Positions 12,383 through 25,779 of a stretch of 64,000 nt of DNA are shown one piece after another. The position numbers and the translations under genes are program-made. The first letter of the stretch is position 1, and every line of letters starts with the position of its first letter. The notes under the pieces were generated by a model that was given only the letters and a program-made list of their open reading frames with translations, was not told the origin of the DNA and made no database searches. Origin of the DNA: Octopus sinensis (lineage: Eukaryota); assembly GCF_006345805.1 (NCBI RefSeq), contig NC_043003.1, positions 106,888,001 to 106,952,000 of the forward strand. The letters run 5' to 3'.

Positions 12383-13332
12383 GGGGTTAATGTTTAGGTT
12401 AGAAAAAGTTATTAACCGAAAAAGGTTATTTATTTACCTTTATATTGTATATATAGTGGAGATCGACGAAAGCTTGTTCTTCAATAGCAAAAACAATGTA
12501 GGAAGAATGGGTCGCAAAACTTTGGTTGTCGGATGTTGTGACACCACAACTAAAAACAGGATTTCTTTAACGTGTACCTGATAGGAGTACAGAGACGTTG
12601 GAGAATGTTATCAGACAAAAAATTTTCCCACGAACTCCTGTTATGACTGACAATTTGGCAAACTATTGTAATCTCCACATACTCGGTTACATTCACCAAA
12701 CGGTAAATCATTCCCAAAATTTCATAGATCGGTCACCGGGGCATGTACAAATCGGTGGAGGTAAAGATCATGGACCGCACTCCCTTCGGGATACGTCTTT
12801 TGGTTTTATTTTGATATGAACCCACTATATCAAGGGCGGAGATTCCGAATCTGCAAAAAAGTCTGCATTTCAAAATTTATATTGTACAGGCCAAAAAAAT
12901 AATATAAAAAGTACATAAATGACAAAACACACCTTTATCCCCTCCCTCCCTCGAAGAGTACTTGTTACCCGCTTAAAATTTCGGCGCGAAAATTTGCTAA
13001 AGGACCAAACTGTTTTGAAGTTTAGGTCTTCACATCCTGGGATCTATATATCCAGCAATTTTAGTAGGTATGTAAGAGATATTGTTTTAATTCACTTTGA
13101 CTTATTTTACACAAACATTAATATGCTTTTTGGATCTTTTCCTTTTGAAGGCCAGATTTCAACACAATTTCGTATACTGGCAGAATGTGTCAAAAGAAAA
13201 CATTACTTTCACTTGGCCTCTTGATAAATTCGTTTGTTTAACGTAGTTTAATTTTTCGAATTTTAACCAATGAATCGCCTCTATTTGAGCTGAAATCATT
13301 TGCTGCGTCTAAAAACTGAGACAACATCCTGT

Positions 13333-13640
13333 AACTAACCCTCCCCTCCTCCTCCCCCTAACCCTAATTTTTTTTTCTTAATTGTTACACGTGTAAAAAA
13401 ACTAAAGCAATGGAAAATAATTAAAACAATTAACATACAAAATAATTCTATAATTTTTATACACACGCTTTCCGTATACGTACGGAAAGCGTGTGTATAA
13501 AAATTATAGAATTATTTTGTATATTAATTGTTTTAATTATTTTCCATTGCTTTAGTTTTTTTTTTACACGTGTAACAATTAAATTAATTTAACAATTAAG
13601 AAAAAAAAATTTAGGGTTAGGGTTAGGGGGAGGGTTAGTT
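13333..13640. repeat. Near-perfect palindrome with outward telomere-like repeats
   Basis: Core arms 13379-13476 and 13481-13581 with a 4-nt spacer; outer arms CTAACCCT../..AGGGTTAG. Confidence 0.95.
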
Positions 13641-14055
13641 TCATTCCCGAAAACATTAACCGAAAAAAGACAGGATTATTCTCAATTAACAATATGACTT
13701 AAGGGAGAATGCCATAGGATAGCATTCTGTTTACTAGATACCAATATCAAAAATAGCGGTTAGTGTAAACTTTAACCAAGATTTCTTATACTCATTACAT
13801 AAAATATATTAGACTAAATAACTTCTATAACTAAAGTCAAAACTATTGAAAAGGTTGCAAGAAGCAACGAAAATTTTAGGAAAATAAAAATAAGAAATAA
13901 GTGGAAATTTTACCGGTGAGTGTGTTATATTATAAGGCACAAAAAGAAAATGACTCTCCCCAGACACAACAGAACATGCTTCAACACACGAACTCATATA
14001 AAGAATCTTGTAAACCAAATCCAAAAACGAAATAACTTTATAACGTTTTACAAAC

Positions 14056-14208
14056 GTGGCTCTGTGGTAAGTAGCTTGCTAACCAACCACATGGTTCCGG
14101 GTTCAGTCCCACTGCGTGGCATCTTGGGCAAGTGTTTTCTGCTATTGCCCCGGACCGACCAATGCCTTGTGAGTGGATTTGGTAGACGGAAACTGAAAGA
14201 AGCCTGTC

Positions 14209-14252
<44 letters not shown>

Positions 14253-14455
14253 TTGTGTGTCTGTGTTTGTCCTCCTAGCATTGCTTGACAACCGATGCTG
14301 GTGTGTTTACGTCCCCGTCACTTAGCGGTTCGGCAAAAGAGACCGATAGAATAAGTACTGGGCTTACAAAGAATAAGTCCCGGGGTCGATTTGCTCGACT
14401 AAGGGCGGTGCTCCAGCATGGCCGCAGTCAAATGACTGAAACAAGTAAAAGAGTA
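14056..14455 (+). mobile_element. tRNA-derived SINE family A (internal microsatellite)
   Basis: A/B-box head (GTGGTAAG, GGTTCAGTCCC), CTTGGGCAAGTG core, internal (TA)n(TG)n, and tail ..GACTGAAACAAGTAAAAGAG. Confidence 0.9.
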
Positions 14456-15029
14456 TTTAATTGACTATTTCAGGAATTGGCAGCTCAACGGTGTAAGGGA
14501 GATAACTCTGGTAAACCGCTATTGAGTGCGCGTCGTGGAAGACTGAAAACGCGGCAAACATTTAATTTCATTTAATTATCTGTTATTTGGTGGCGAAGCT
14601 TTGTCGCACTAACTGAGACCTATTGGTTTATTTAAGTGCCTGTAACTTAACGGTTCGCCAACGAAGACCGTTAGAATAAATCCTTGGCTGCGGTGGAACC
14701 GCGTCAGTGACCAGATCGCAGTTGGTGCCACAAAAAAATTTGACCTCAAATGATCGAGTTTGTCCCACTTTCCTCCACCCCTGCTTCCTTTCCTCCACCC
14801 ATGCCTGCTCCACCCTGGTGAGCAACATCCTCTTCTCTCCAACATGGACCAGTTCCAACAGGGAGTTGGAAGAAGCTCCCCAGCACTGGAAAGGAATTGG
14901 GCTTGTCTGCTCCCGAGAAGGTGGAGGACCGTCGGAATCAGGGAACTTGGGACAACATAATTTCGAAAGACACCTTCGACTCCCTCTTCATCCAGTCGAA
15001 CCCGTTTTCAAAGTGTCCTTACTGTCTGC

Positions 15030-15445
15030 GGATCTTTTCGGTTTCAACGGCAGTTTTTTCTAGCGGTGTCATATGAAATTGTCACCCATAATTATGACCC
15101 TAGTATTGATCTATTGCATTTCAATCTGTTTTAGGGTTAGGGATGGGGGGAAGGGTATCTTTTTTTTCTTCACAAATGTAAATAAACCCAATCTGTTTCT
15201 TAAATGAGGGACATATTCATACGGCACAGAATGTTTTTTTTTTTTACCTCAATAGACGTATTTGATTGGTTGAAATTGCAGAAATTGAAGAAAAAAAACA
15301 ACAAATATCTTACAAACTATAGAATTTTCTCAATAAAGCCAAGAGAAAACGATGTTTCATAAACACATTCTACCAGTATACGAAGTTTAAAATTTTTTAG
15401 TTATCTAGAAATTGTTAAAAACTGCCGTTCAAACCGAAAAGATCC
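15030..15445. mobile_element. MITE with 29-bp TIRs, Merlin-like termini
   Basis: GGATCTTTTCGGTTTCAACGGCAGTTTTT / AAAAACTGCCGTTCAAACCGAAAAGATCC (1 mismatch); internal TAGGGTTAGGG; no TSD visible. Confidence 0.8.
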
Positions 15446-15872
15446 ATGAAACCATTTAAATATACAACCGACTTTTAATGCAGCGAGCCAGGCGAGAAAA
15501 ACCACTAAAACTGGCCCAACTGAAGTTCGTTGTGAAACTACACACACGCACACATACTAGAAAGTAAGTTTGCCTCTTTTTTCAGCCACTTCGCCTCTTC
15601 TGAGGATCGAACGCCAAAAATTGCGAATAACTGCGACGGGCGAAGTTCTTGGAGAAGGGAGATAACTCTATCGTGTTTGCCTTTCTTCCCCACGGAACGT
15701 TTTCTCTCTTCCATGCAACTCAGTATTCGTGTGAACCAGGACGAGGATAACGGAGAATTGAGAATGGTCGCTGAAAAAGACCCACAAAAGATCACGGGAT
15801 GTTGTTGGTGTCGGTGGGGAGAGACAGAACGCAATTGGCCAAAGAGAGGCAGAAACATTAACGCTGTTATAA

Positions 15873-16269
15873 TCTTTATATATAAAAGTGAGGTTGTGTG
15901 CTGTCTGTCTCCTACGATTTAGATTCCTAACTACTCCCACATTTTGCAGTGCAGTTTAACCAAAACCGGGTATCTTATAGTCGTGATGCATATCGAGCCC
16001 TTCTGGGTATTAGCGCGCGTCTACGATGAGTCTACGATTTAAAAAAAATTACCATCATTTTTTCCATTTTAATGCATTTTTTCGCTATTATATAAGGGAA
16101 GTAACTCTCTAAAAATGTCTACGATGAGTCAACGATTTAAAAAAAAATTACCATAATTTTTTTTCCATTTTTAATGGATTTTTTTGCTATTTTTTGGCTA
16201 TAACTCTCTAAAAATGGTTATATAGTTATTTCCCTTACAAACCCGAGCAACGCCGGGCGATACTGCTAG
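15873..16269 (+). mobile_element. Non-autonomous Helitron
   Basis: A|TC start, 3' hairpin CCCGAGCAACGCCGGG, CTAG|T end; internal ~75-bp direct repeat. Confidence 0.9.
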
Positions 16270-16270
16270 T

Positions 16271-16880
16271 AATATAATAATGATGAAATTATTGTATACA
16301 GTGCTCAGGTGCACCACAACTTGTCAGAAAGTGCGTATAAAGTACATGCAGTAATGTACAAATGTCTGGAAAGCGAACAATGTATGAATCAGATACATGC
16401 TTGTGTGTCTATGGAGAGAAGAAAATCAGGTGTAGTTTTGGTGAATCTCAGAAAGTATAGAAGTTTTGAAGGATGCAGTGCTCCGACCACTAACAACTGA
16501 TGCCTTCAATTTGTTCCATGCTTCAGCAACTCTTAGCGTAAAAAAATGCTTCTGAAAGTCATGGGAGCTGTGCTGCTTTCTTACTTTGTAAATATGTCCA
16601 TGGGTGTTAGACGGGTGGAGTTTGAAAAGGTGCTCAGAGTTATTGTTTGTAAGATGGTTGATAATTTTATGGGTGTCTGCCAAGTCAGCTGCCAGACGTC
16701 GGAGTTTCAATGTGTCCATGCCCATGGAAGTAAGGCGTTCAGAATATGGCAAATGCCTGATGGAGGGTATTCTTTTGGTTACACGTCGCTGAACGGCTTC
16801 CAGACGATTGATATCCTGGGTCAGTACTGATCGAGAAAGCTTCGATCGAACATATTTAAGCAGAGATCATTCTGATTTTG
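16271..16880 (-). mobile_element. CR1-clade LINE 3' fragment
   Basis: INRLEAVQRRVTKRIPSIRHLPYSERL...LRRLAADL...THGHIYK...KHFFTLRVAEAWNKL matches the CR1 ORF2 C-terminus; a 3' UTR follows. Confidence 0.85.
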
Positions 16881-17569
16881 TTTAAAGTAAAATGTATCTA
16901 GAACAACATTATCACATGGATATATCTCCTTAGCTTTTTAACATGGTATTGTGTGATTAGAAGGTGATTTGGCTACTATTTCTAGTAGTTCGAGGAACTC
17001 ACTATACAGCCGCCCTCTTACATGTTATTCAGAACGGATTAAAATGCTTTCGTGTTTTATGGGTTGACTTGGATCAGCTTTGCCAGAGCTGACCAACGTC
17101 TAACTTTGATCAAAGGCCTTCCTTCCGAGACCATCTTGCCTTTGTTTTAAGGACTAATGTATTCAGGATAAACAGGTCTTCTTCCCATTTTAAGAATGGA
17201 AGGACATTGTTAGAGGCTGGTTTAGCTGCTGTTTTGGACATATCAAGCAACCATGTAGAGGTCAACTTTGTATCAAGAGACACAGATCTTGGGATAAAAT
17301 GTGTGTGTTTGTATGTGTTTATGTGTGTCTTGATGTGTGTGTGTGTGTCTTGATGTGTGTGATTGTGTGTGTCTGTTTGTGTGTATGAGTGTCTGTATGT
17401 GTACTTGTGTGTGTGTTTATGTGTGTATTTGTGTGTGCGTGTCTTAATGTGTGTGTGTATGAGTGTGTTTGTGTGTGTGTGTGTGCGTATGTCTTGATGT
17501 GTGTGCGTGAGATAGTCCAAGGTTAGTGTTTCCTGCAAGATATATGAACAGGAAGTACAGGAATATATA

Positions 17570-17947
17570 GGCGCAGGAGTGGCTGTGTGGTAAGTAGTTT
17601 GTTTACCAACCACATGGTTCAGTTCCACTGCGTGGCATCTTGGGCAAGTGTCTTCTACTATAGCCTCGGGCCGACCAAAGCCCTGTGAGTGGATTTGGTA
17701 GACGGAAACTGAAAGAAGCCCGTCGTATATATATATGTGTGTGTGTGTTTGTGTGTCTGTGCTTGTCCCCCTAGCATTGCTTGACAACCGATGCTGGTGT
17801 GTTTATGTCCCCGTCACTTAGCGGTTCGGCAGAAGAGACCGATAGAATAAGTACTGGGCTTACAAAGAATAAGTCCCGGGGTCGAGTTGCTTGATTAAAG
17901 GTGGTGCTCCAGCATGGCCGCAGTCAAATGACTGAAACAAGTAAAAG
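17570..17947 (+). mobile_element. SINE family A
   Basis: Full-length match to 14056-14455. Confidence 0.9.
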
Positions 17948-19164
17948 GGAAAAAGGAAGTACATTTTTATGCAAGTCCTAAATACCGTTCGCTAACAATG
18001 TTACTATTCTAATAAACTCATGTAAATTCTGATTAGTTTCCCCTGTTCTCGTTATAAATACAATATGTAGATCCAACATACTTTTCCCTACTTACAGTGC
18101 TAATCATCATCATCGTTTTAACGTCCGATTTTTTTCATGCTGGCATGGGTTGGATGGACTTTGTTTAGACAGACATTCTACAACTAATGTCTTTCTTGTT
18201 GCCAACCTCCACCTGTTTCCACCCCAAAAAGTGGGTGGGGTGGGGCATCAGAAAGAGCATCCAGGCCTATAAAACTCTGCCTCAATATGTCCTCATCTTA
18301 TCCGAAATAGTAAATGTAATCCTTATTTATTCATATTGTTTTGAATTAATCATGGATTATCTTGTAGCTTCAAGATTTCAATGACATTGTAGGGTAGGTA
18401 CAAGAGACCTGATCTGGTCAATTTGAACCTAAAACTGGTAGAATATTTGAGCCACATGTGACTGGTTTAAATATTAAAGGGTTAAGGGTCACTTATAGAT
18501 ACACCATTAAACTTCAGTCACCCTGACTACCAGGGCAACTGCCCTCTCCCTATCTTCCTACCTCAGTCTAAAGGCGCACATTGAGACCAAGCCTGTTCAC
18601 TCAGACCATCTTTACCATTCTCTTTCACCTCGGGACAAATTTGCTGAGAGTCAGAACCTCCCTCTCCACCCTCATTTTCTCTTTTCAAGTGAAACTTCGA
18701 AAAAGTTGATGCAAGTTTGCCCAAAGCAGAAATTGTATCTTCAGCTTTTTTCAGCTTTTTTTGCCAAAGTCACCATAAAGACAAGAGAAGGTAACAGGAG
18801 GATTTTGGTAATGAACTCAGCTGATGGACGAAACCATTCTACACACAGCAGCAGCAGCAGCATTTCAACGTAACTGCACAAGTCAGCAATACTTGGACAG
18901 AGGACGAGTGCACGCAGAACAGGTTTGTTGCTTTCCATGCGTTCTGTACAAGCGGTGCAGCTGACAGTACTTCCGTCAGGATGTGGGTAACAGAAAGAAT
19001 GCTGTGCTGTTGGGCATTGGTATGGGGGGTGGGGTGTATGTTTATAGATGTGTGGAGGTTGTTTTGTCGAGGTGGGAGATGTCGGTGTGTGTTGTGTGGC
19101 GTGCATGGGGTGGGGAGTGAGTGAGTATGGTGCGTGTGATGGGAATAAGGATGTTGAAGAAGCA

Positions 19165-19372
19165 CCGTCAAGTGAAGTAAAAAAAACATTCTGTGCCGTA
19201 TGAATATGTCCCTCGTTTAAGAAACAGATTGGGTTTATTTACATTTCTGAAGAAAAAAAGATACCCTTCCCCCCCACCTCTAACCCTAACCCTAAAACAG
19301 ATTGAAATGCAATAGATCGATACTAGGGTCATAATTATGGGTGACAATTTCATATGACATCACTAGAAAAAA
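19165..19372 (-). mobile_element. Partial inverted copy of the 15030-15445 MITE
   Basis: About 200 bp reverse-complement match to 15055-15250. Confidence 0.85.
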
Positions 19373-20224
19373 GAGGGGAAGTGTTATTTAGTGTGTACAA
19401 GAGTACAAACAGAAGCATGTAGGAGGGGTGGATGGGTGTCTTTAAGGGTTGCAGCTGTGGAATATTTAAAAATGAGAGAAAAATGTTTGGGAAGATTCAA
19501 TTTAGAGATGTGAAGAGAAATTGGATAAATTGGAGAAAAGTCTGAGAAATTGGTGAAATGAATTGAGAAGATGGCATGAAAGTGTCCAAGAAGATACAAT
19601 CCGAAAATCAGATGAAATTGGATGTTGTTATATTGACACAGAGGGGAGACTGGGTTAGTGTATGTGGGGTGTGTGTGTTTGGAACAGAAGGGGGATAAGA
19701 TGTGAATAGTGGAAGGGCATTGGTGCAGGATGGGTTGTGGGGGGAAAATGGTGAGCAGAGGATAAGATGTATACTCCTGGGGCAGCATGGAAATGCAGGT
19801 TAGAAAAAGTGAAGGGTTATGTTTAAACTGATAGGCATGAAAATTTTGAGGGAAAAGAGGGGTTTCTGATTCCTTTGGAAGCTGGTACTGGGAATTCTGA
19901 TGCTGGATGCCAAACCAAAGATTGGGAGATGCTAGGGAGAATGGGGTTATCATCAGAAAGAGCATCCAGGCCTATAAAACTCTGCTCCAGTATATCCTCA
20001 TCTTATCCATGCAAGCATGAAATAGTAAATGTTACGATGATGATGATGATGATGATGATGGTAAAGACAAACGTAAAATGAACGACAGGGAAAGGAAAAA
20101 GTTTGACCATTATGGAATTATTTTAATGTTTGTGAATTGGAAGAGAGTGTTTTGAGCGTTAGTCCTTCTTCAGGAAAAAGAAACAGGAAGAAAAGAGAGA
20201 GAGAGAGAGAGAAATAGTGAGTGT

Positions 20225-20410
20225 ATCATCATCATCGTTTAGCATCCGCTTTCCATGCTAGCATGGGTCGGACGGTTCAACTGGGGTCTGGAAAGCCAGA
20301 AGGCTGCATCAGGCCCAGTCTGATCTGGCAGTGTTTCTACAGCTGGATGCCCTTCCTAACGCCAACCACTCCGTGAGTGTAGTGGGTGCTCTTTATGTGC
20401 CACCGGCACA
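20225..20410 (-). mobile_element. RTE 3'-tail fragment
   Basis: (CAT)n-CGTTTAGCATCCGC...GGATGCCCTTCCTAACGCCAACC. Confidence 0.85.
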
Positions 20411-21007
20411 GCTGCCAAGTCAGATGTTTCTGAGATGCTCCTGGAATCTTTCAGCCATTTGGCAACTGAATTGTACAATATGGATCAAATTTTCTGAGAA
20501 TAAATCGGAGAAGGATTTTGAGGAGGAGGATGCAAAGGAAGGTGATTTTGATGCCTGAGGTGCAGTGGGTTGGATTTGATGTCAAGAGGGAAAGGGCAAG
20601 TGTAGCAGCCGGGACAGGAGCAGAGGAAGAATCTCAGGAGGAGGAGGAGTTATAGATGAGGATGCTATATAAGAAAACTTAGAAGAGGGGAGGCAGAGGA
20701 GAGGGAAGAATGGTGAGGAGGCAGTGTCAGACTAGAGGAGGCAGAAGGTGCAGAGAATAGTCCAAAGGAGAGGCAAGGTAGCAGGATGGTAAGGAGATGC
20801 AATAGGTTGGATTTCCGAATGGGTGTGGGGTGGTTAATGGCATAGAGGTGATAAAGTGCAGCTTAGATAAGGGAAGGTGGGTGGGGTATGTGTTGAGCCT
20901 GTGTCTCAAAGATATGGTTATGGCTACAGAGGCCTTAGAGATAAGGAAACTAAAGAAAGGGGTACTTTGGGTGTAGAGTATGGAAGGAGGAACAACTGAG
21001 GTAGTAT

Positions 21008-21411
21008 ACTCTTTTACTTGTTTCAGTCATTTGACTGTGGCCATGATGGAGCATTGCCTTTAGTCGAGCAACTCGACCCCGGGACTTATTCTTTGTAAGC
21101 CCAGTACTTATTCTATCGGTCTCCTTTTGCCGAACCGCTAAGTGACGGGGACGTAAACACACCAGCATCGTTTGTCAAGCAATGCTAGGGGGACAAACAC
21201 AGACACACAACATATACACACACACTTATATATATAATATATATACATATATACGACAGGCTTCTTTCAGTTCTGTCTACCAAATCCACTCACAGGGCAT
21301 TGGTCGCCCGGGGCTATAGCAGAAACACACTTGCCCAAGATGCCACGCAGTGGGACTGAACCCGGACCATGTGGTTGGTTAGCAAGCTACTTACCACACA
21401 GCCACTCCTGT
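21008..21411 (-). mobile_element. SINE family A
   Basis: Reverse-complement full copy. Confidence 0.9.
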
Positions 21412-21559
21412 GTGTGTGTATACATACATCATCATCATCGTCGTTTAACTGCGTGGCACCTTGGGCAAGTGTCTTCTACTATTGCCTCAGGCCGACCAAA
21501 GCCTTGTGAGTGGATTTGGTAGGTGGAAACTGTAAGAAGCCTGTTGTATAAATATACAT

Positions 21560-21940
21560 ATATGGGCATGTAAAAAGCCCCATTCGAGCGTGATCGTTAC
21601 CTGCGTCGCCTTACTGGCACTTGTGCTGGTGGCACATGAAAAAACATTCGAGCGAGGTCGTTGCCAGTGTCGCTGGACTGGCTCCTGTGCAGGTAGCACA
21701 TAAAAAGCACCATTTGAGCACGGCCGTTGCCAGTACCGCCTGACTGGCCCTCGTGCAGGTGGCACGTAAAAGCACCCACTACACTCTCAGAGTGGTTGGC
21801 GTTAGGAAGGGCATCCAGCTGTAGAGACTCTGCCAGATCAAGATTGAAGCCTGGTGCAGCCATCTGGTTCGCCAGACCTCAGTCAAATTGTCCAACCCAT
21901 GCTAGCATGGAAAGCAGACATTAAATGATGATGATGATGT
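21560..21940 (+). mobile_element. RTE 3' UTR fragment with ~4 internal repeats
   Basis: Repeated GGTGGCACRTAAAAGCACC units, then GGTTGGCGTTAGGAAGGGCATCCAG and a (GAT)n tail. Confidence 0.85.
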
Positions 21941-22582
21941 CTGTTTGTCTCCCCACCAACATCACTTGACAACCGATGCTGGTGTGTTTACAATCCCATA
22001 ACTTAGCGGTTCTGCAAAAGAGACCGATAGAATAAGTACTGGGCTTACAAAGAATAAGTCCTGGGGTCGATTTGCTCGACTAAAGGCGGTGCTCCAGCAT
22101 GGCCGCAGTCAAATGACTGAAACAAGTAAAAGAATAAAAGAATAAAAGAATATATATATATGTGTGGTAAGTAGTTTGCTAACCAACCACATGGTTCCAG
22201 GTTCAGTCCCACTGTGTGGCATCTTGTGCAAGTGTCTTCTGCTATAGCCCCGGGCCGACCAATGCCTTGTGAGTGGATTTGGTAGACGGAAACTGAAAGA
22301 AGCCTGTCGTATATATGTATATATATATATATATAATATATATATATATATATCTGTATGTGTGTGTGTATATGTTTGTGTGTCTGTGTGTCCCCCTAGC
22401 ATTGCTTGACAACCGATGCTGGTGTGTTTACGTCCCCGTCACTTAGCGGTTCGGCAAAATAGACCGATAGAATAAGTACTGGGCTTTCAGAGAATAAGTC
22501 CCGGGTCGATTTGCTCGACTAAAGGCGGTGCTCCAGCATGGCCGCAGTCAAATGACTGAAACAAGTAAAAGGTGTAAAGAGT
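21940..22582 (+). mobile_element. SINE family A: 3' half (21940-22150) followed by a full copy (22161-22582)
   Basis: Head-to-tail copies with (AAAAGAAT)n at the junction. Confidence 0.9.
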
Positions 22583-22861
22583 AATATATCATCATCATCC
22601 TCTAACATCCGTTTTTCCATGCTGGCATGGGTTGGGTGGTTTAACAAGAGCTGGCCAGCTGAAGGGGCTATCTGGGTCCCATGTCTGTTTTGGCATAGTT
22701 TCTATGTCTGGATGCTCCACCCCCTTCCTAATGCCAACAACTTTACAGAGTGTGGTGCTGGGTGCTTTTACACAACACTTACATGGGTCCCTTCATGTGG
22801 AACCAGCACCCACAAGCCCACAAGATTAGGAATACTCAACTGAAGACAGATGCAGGGGACA

Positions 22862-23580
22862 TGGCTCCAATCTTGATTTGGCAGAGTTTCTACAGCTGGC
22901 TGCCCTTCCTAACGCCAACCACTCTGAGAGTGTAGTGGGTACTTTTTACGTGCCACCGGCATGGGGGCCAGTCAGGTGGTACTGGCAACGACCTTGCTCG
23001 AATCCTTTTACACATGCCACCAGCACAGGTGCCAGTAAGGTGACTTTGGTAGCGATCACACTCGAATGGTGCCCTTTTACGTGCCACTGGCACGGAAGCC
23101 AGTTGGCTGCTCTGGCAACGTTCACGCTCGGATGGTGCTCTTGGCACCCTACTAGCATTGGCACAAGTGCCAGTAAGGCGACGCTAGTAACGATCACACT
23201 CGAATGGTGCCTTTTATGTGCCACTGGCACGGAAGTCGGTCAGCCACTCTGTCAATGATCATGATCGTATGGTGCTCTTTGCACCCTGCCAGCACGGACG
23301 CCAGTCATGGCCCACGTATTTGCTTAGCTTGGCCTGTTTTCTCAAGCACAGCAAACTACCAGGACTCTCAATCCCCTGTCTTCCCCTCCGTGAGGCCCAG
23401 CATCTGAAAATCCTTTCCCATCACTTTATCCCATGACTTCCTGGATTTACCCCTTCCTCACACTCCCTCTACAATTAGAGCTTGGCACTTCTTCATGCAA
23501 CGGTTTCCACTCATACGCATAGCATGACTGTACCAGCGCAATCATCTCTGTTACACACTACATCTGATTCCCTTACACAT
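22862..23580 (-). mobile_element. RTE 3' fragment (ORF C-terminus plus repeat-bearing UTR)
   Basis: Minus strand encodes a degraded RWY.HAMRMSGNRCMKKCQALIVEGV.GRGKSRKSWDKV segment, followed by ~6-7 UTR repeat units. Confidence 0.8.
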
Positions 23581-24372
23581 TGGGGCCCTGGGATATGCAA
23601 TGCACTGTCTAAATGCCAGTCCTGAGAAATTAAGCTAAATTAGGAGAAAGCTAATTCGAAGACTACAGATCCAATCCTTCACTGGAACTGTAAAACTTTC
23701 CTGAAGTTTATCATTTAAATATATATGAGCATGTCTAGATATGCAACTATATGCATGAGAATACATACATAAAGCATAGAAATCTGAACATACATACATA
23801 CATACATACAAACGTACATAGAAAAATACCCTGTTGTTGATGTTGAAATTCCAATGAAGGAGCTTTGAATCTAGGTTAGAAACCAGTTCTTTCTCTATTG
23901 GCAAAAAAATCTTAAAATAAAACTGAACAATGACACACCACAGCACACACAGATAGAGCCAGTTTGGAACCAGGAAAAAACTTAGTTTAAATGTCCTCAG
24001 CATATATATATACATAATATATATATATATATATTATATAATATATATATATATTATATATATATATATATCAAATTAGAGATAAACCACTATTAGGCAA
24101 ATCAAACAGTGAAAAACATAAGCCAAATACATAAAATTAATTAAAAAAATATAAAAGTTAAAAATTAAAAATTATTTAATAATTTAAACTTATAAATTTT
24201 AAAAATATATATACTAATATATGTATATATGTATGTAAATTTTTATGTTTTTATCTCTATTTAATATATAATATTATACTAAAAATAAAATTGGATTTAA
24301 TCCTAAATCTAATTTTTCCCTGTAAGTTTGGATTTATTCCCTAATATTATATATATATATATATATATATAG

Positions 24373-24420
<48 letters not shown>

Positions 24421-24447
24421 GTACATGTGTATGTGTCCATATGAGTG

Positions 24448-24479
<32 letters not shown>

Positions 24480-24770
24480 TGGAGACAGATACATGCACAC
24501 ACACACACATTTATATGCATACATAGAAACATGTATACACATGCATGCAATCACACATGTACACATGCACACGCTCATACAACATACATCCATATATACA
24601 TTCTTACATAAATATGAAAAGCAATATTCTTCTCAATTCCCTAATCAGTAATATGCGAATCATAGATTTATGTTAGTCCAATTTAATGATGTTCCACCAT
24701 TTTTGTTGCTGATAAGTAATTTTGTTCCCCCACCAAAAAATGTACTTTTTACACATATAAATTCACATAT

Positions 24771-25186
24771 GGCGCAGGAGTCGCTGTGTGGTAAAAGCTT
24801 GCTAACCAACCACATGGTTCCAGGTTCAGTCCCACTGCGTGACATCTTGGGCAAGTGTCTTCTGCTATAGCCTCGAGCCGACCAAAGCCTTGTGAGTGGA
24901 TTTGGTAGAGGGAAACTGAAAGAAGCCTGTTTGTATATATGTATTATATTATAAGTGTGTTGTGTATATGTTTGTGGTGTGTCTGGTGTTTGTCCCCTTA
25001 GCCTTGCTTGACAAACCGATGCGGTTGTGTTTACGTCCCCGTCACTTAGCGGTTCGACAAAAGAGACCGATAGAATAAGTACTGGGCTTACAAAAGAATA
25101 AGTCCCAGGTCGATTTGCTCGACTAAAGGCGGTGCTCCAGCATGGCCGCAGTCAAATGACTGAAACAAGTAAAAGAGTAAAAGAGT
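24771..25186 (+). mobile_element. SINE family A
   Basis: Full copy, GGCGCAGGAG to AAAAGAGT. Confidence 0.9.
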
Positions 25187-25523
25187 ATATACACACACAC
25201 ACACACACACATGCATGCATATAGATGTGTGTATGTGTGTGTGTGTGTGTGTGTGTTGTCACTGATCAGTGATAAAATGATAAAATACTTCTAGATTCGA
25301 ATAATATATTAGATATGCAATGAAGTGTGTGTAAGTAGGGGATTTATCTCTTCCTGGGCCGTTATTTGATTTTTCCCACCGTCAAAGTATTCTTTTTTTC
25401 CTCTGAAGGGTTAACAGCCAGTCATGAATGAACAATAATCTCGTTAATACATTTAATACAGTGACATTCATGAAGCTTGTTTCTTTTTTCTTTTTTTCTT
25501 TTTATCATTTGAAGAAAACCATG

Positions 25524-25601
<78 letters not shown>

Positions 25602-25736
25602 GATCTGCAGAGGTCTTAAGAGGAAGTCATTGGAGATTAATATGCATGGTATTTAGGAAGAATATAAGTGGAAGCTCTCAGCAACTTCATATACTTGTGT
25701 GTATCTATCTATCTATTGATATATATATATAGATAG

Positions 25737-25779
<43 letters not shown>

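Noticed and set aside
13600-13640. Telomere or interstitial telomeric array
   Set aside because: Only 2-3 TTAGGG units, and the same motif is embedded in MITEs at ~15135 and ~19280.
18590-20940. ORFs 18741-19106, 19384-19965 and 20727-20909 as genes or LINE fragments
   Set aside because: No recognisable motif; purine-biased decayed sequence of uncertain origin.
22940-23300. CRISPR-like repeat-spacer pattern
   Set aside because: Spacers are homologous to each other, repeats are degenerate, there are no cas genes, the context is eukaryotic, and it lies in an RTE 3' UTR.
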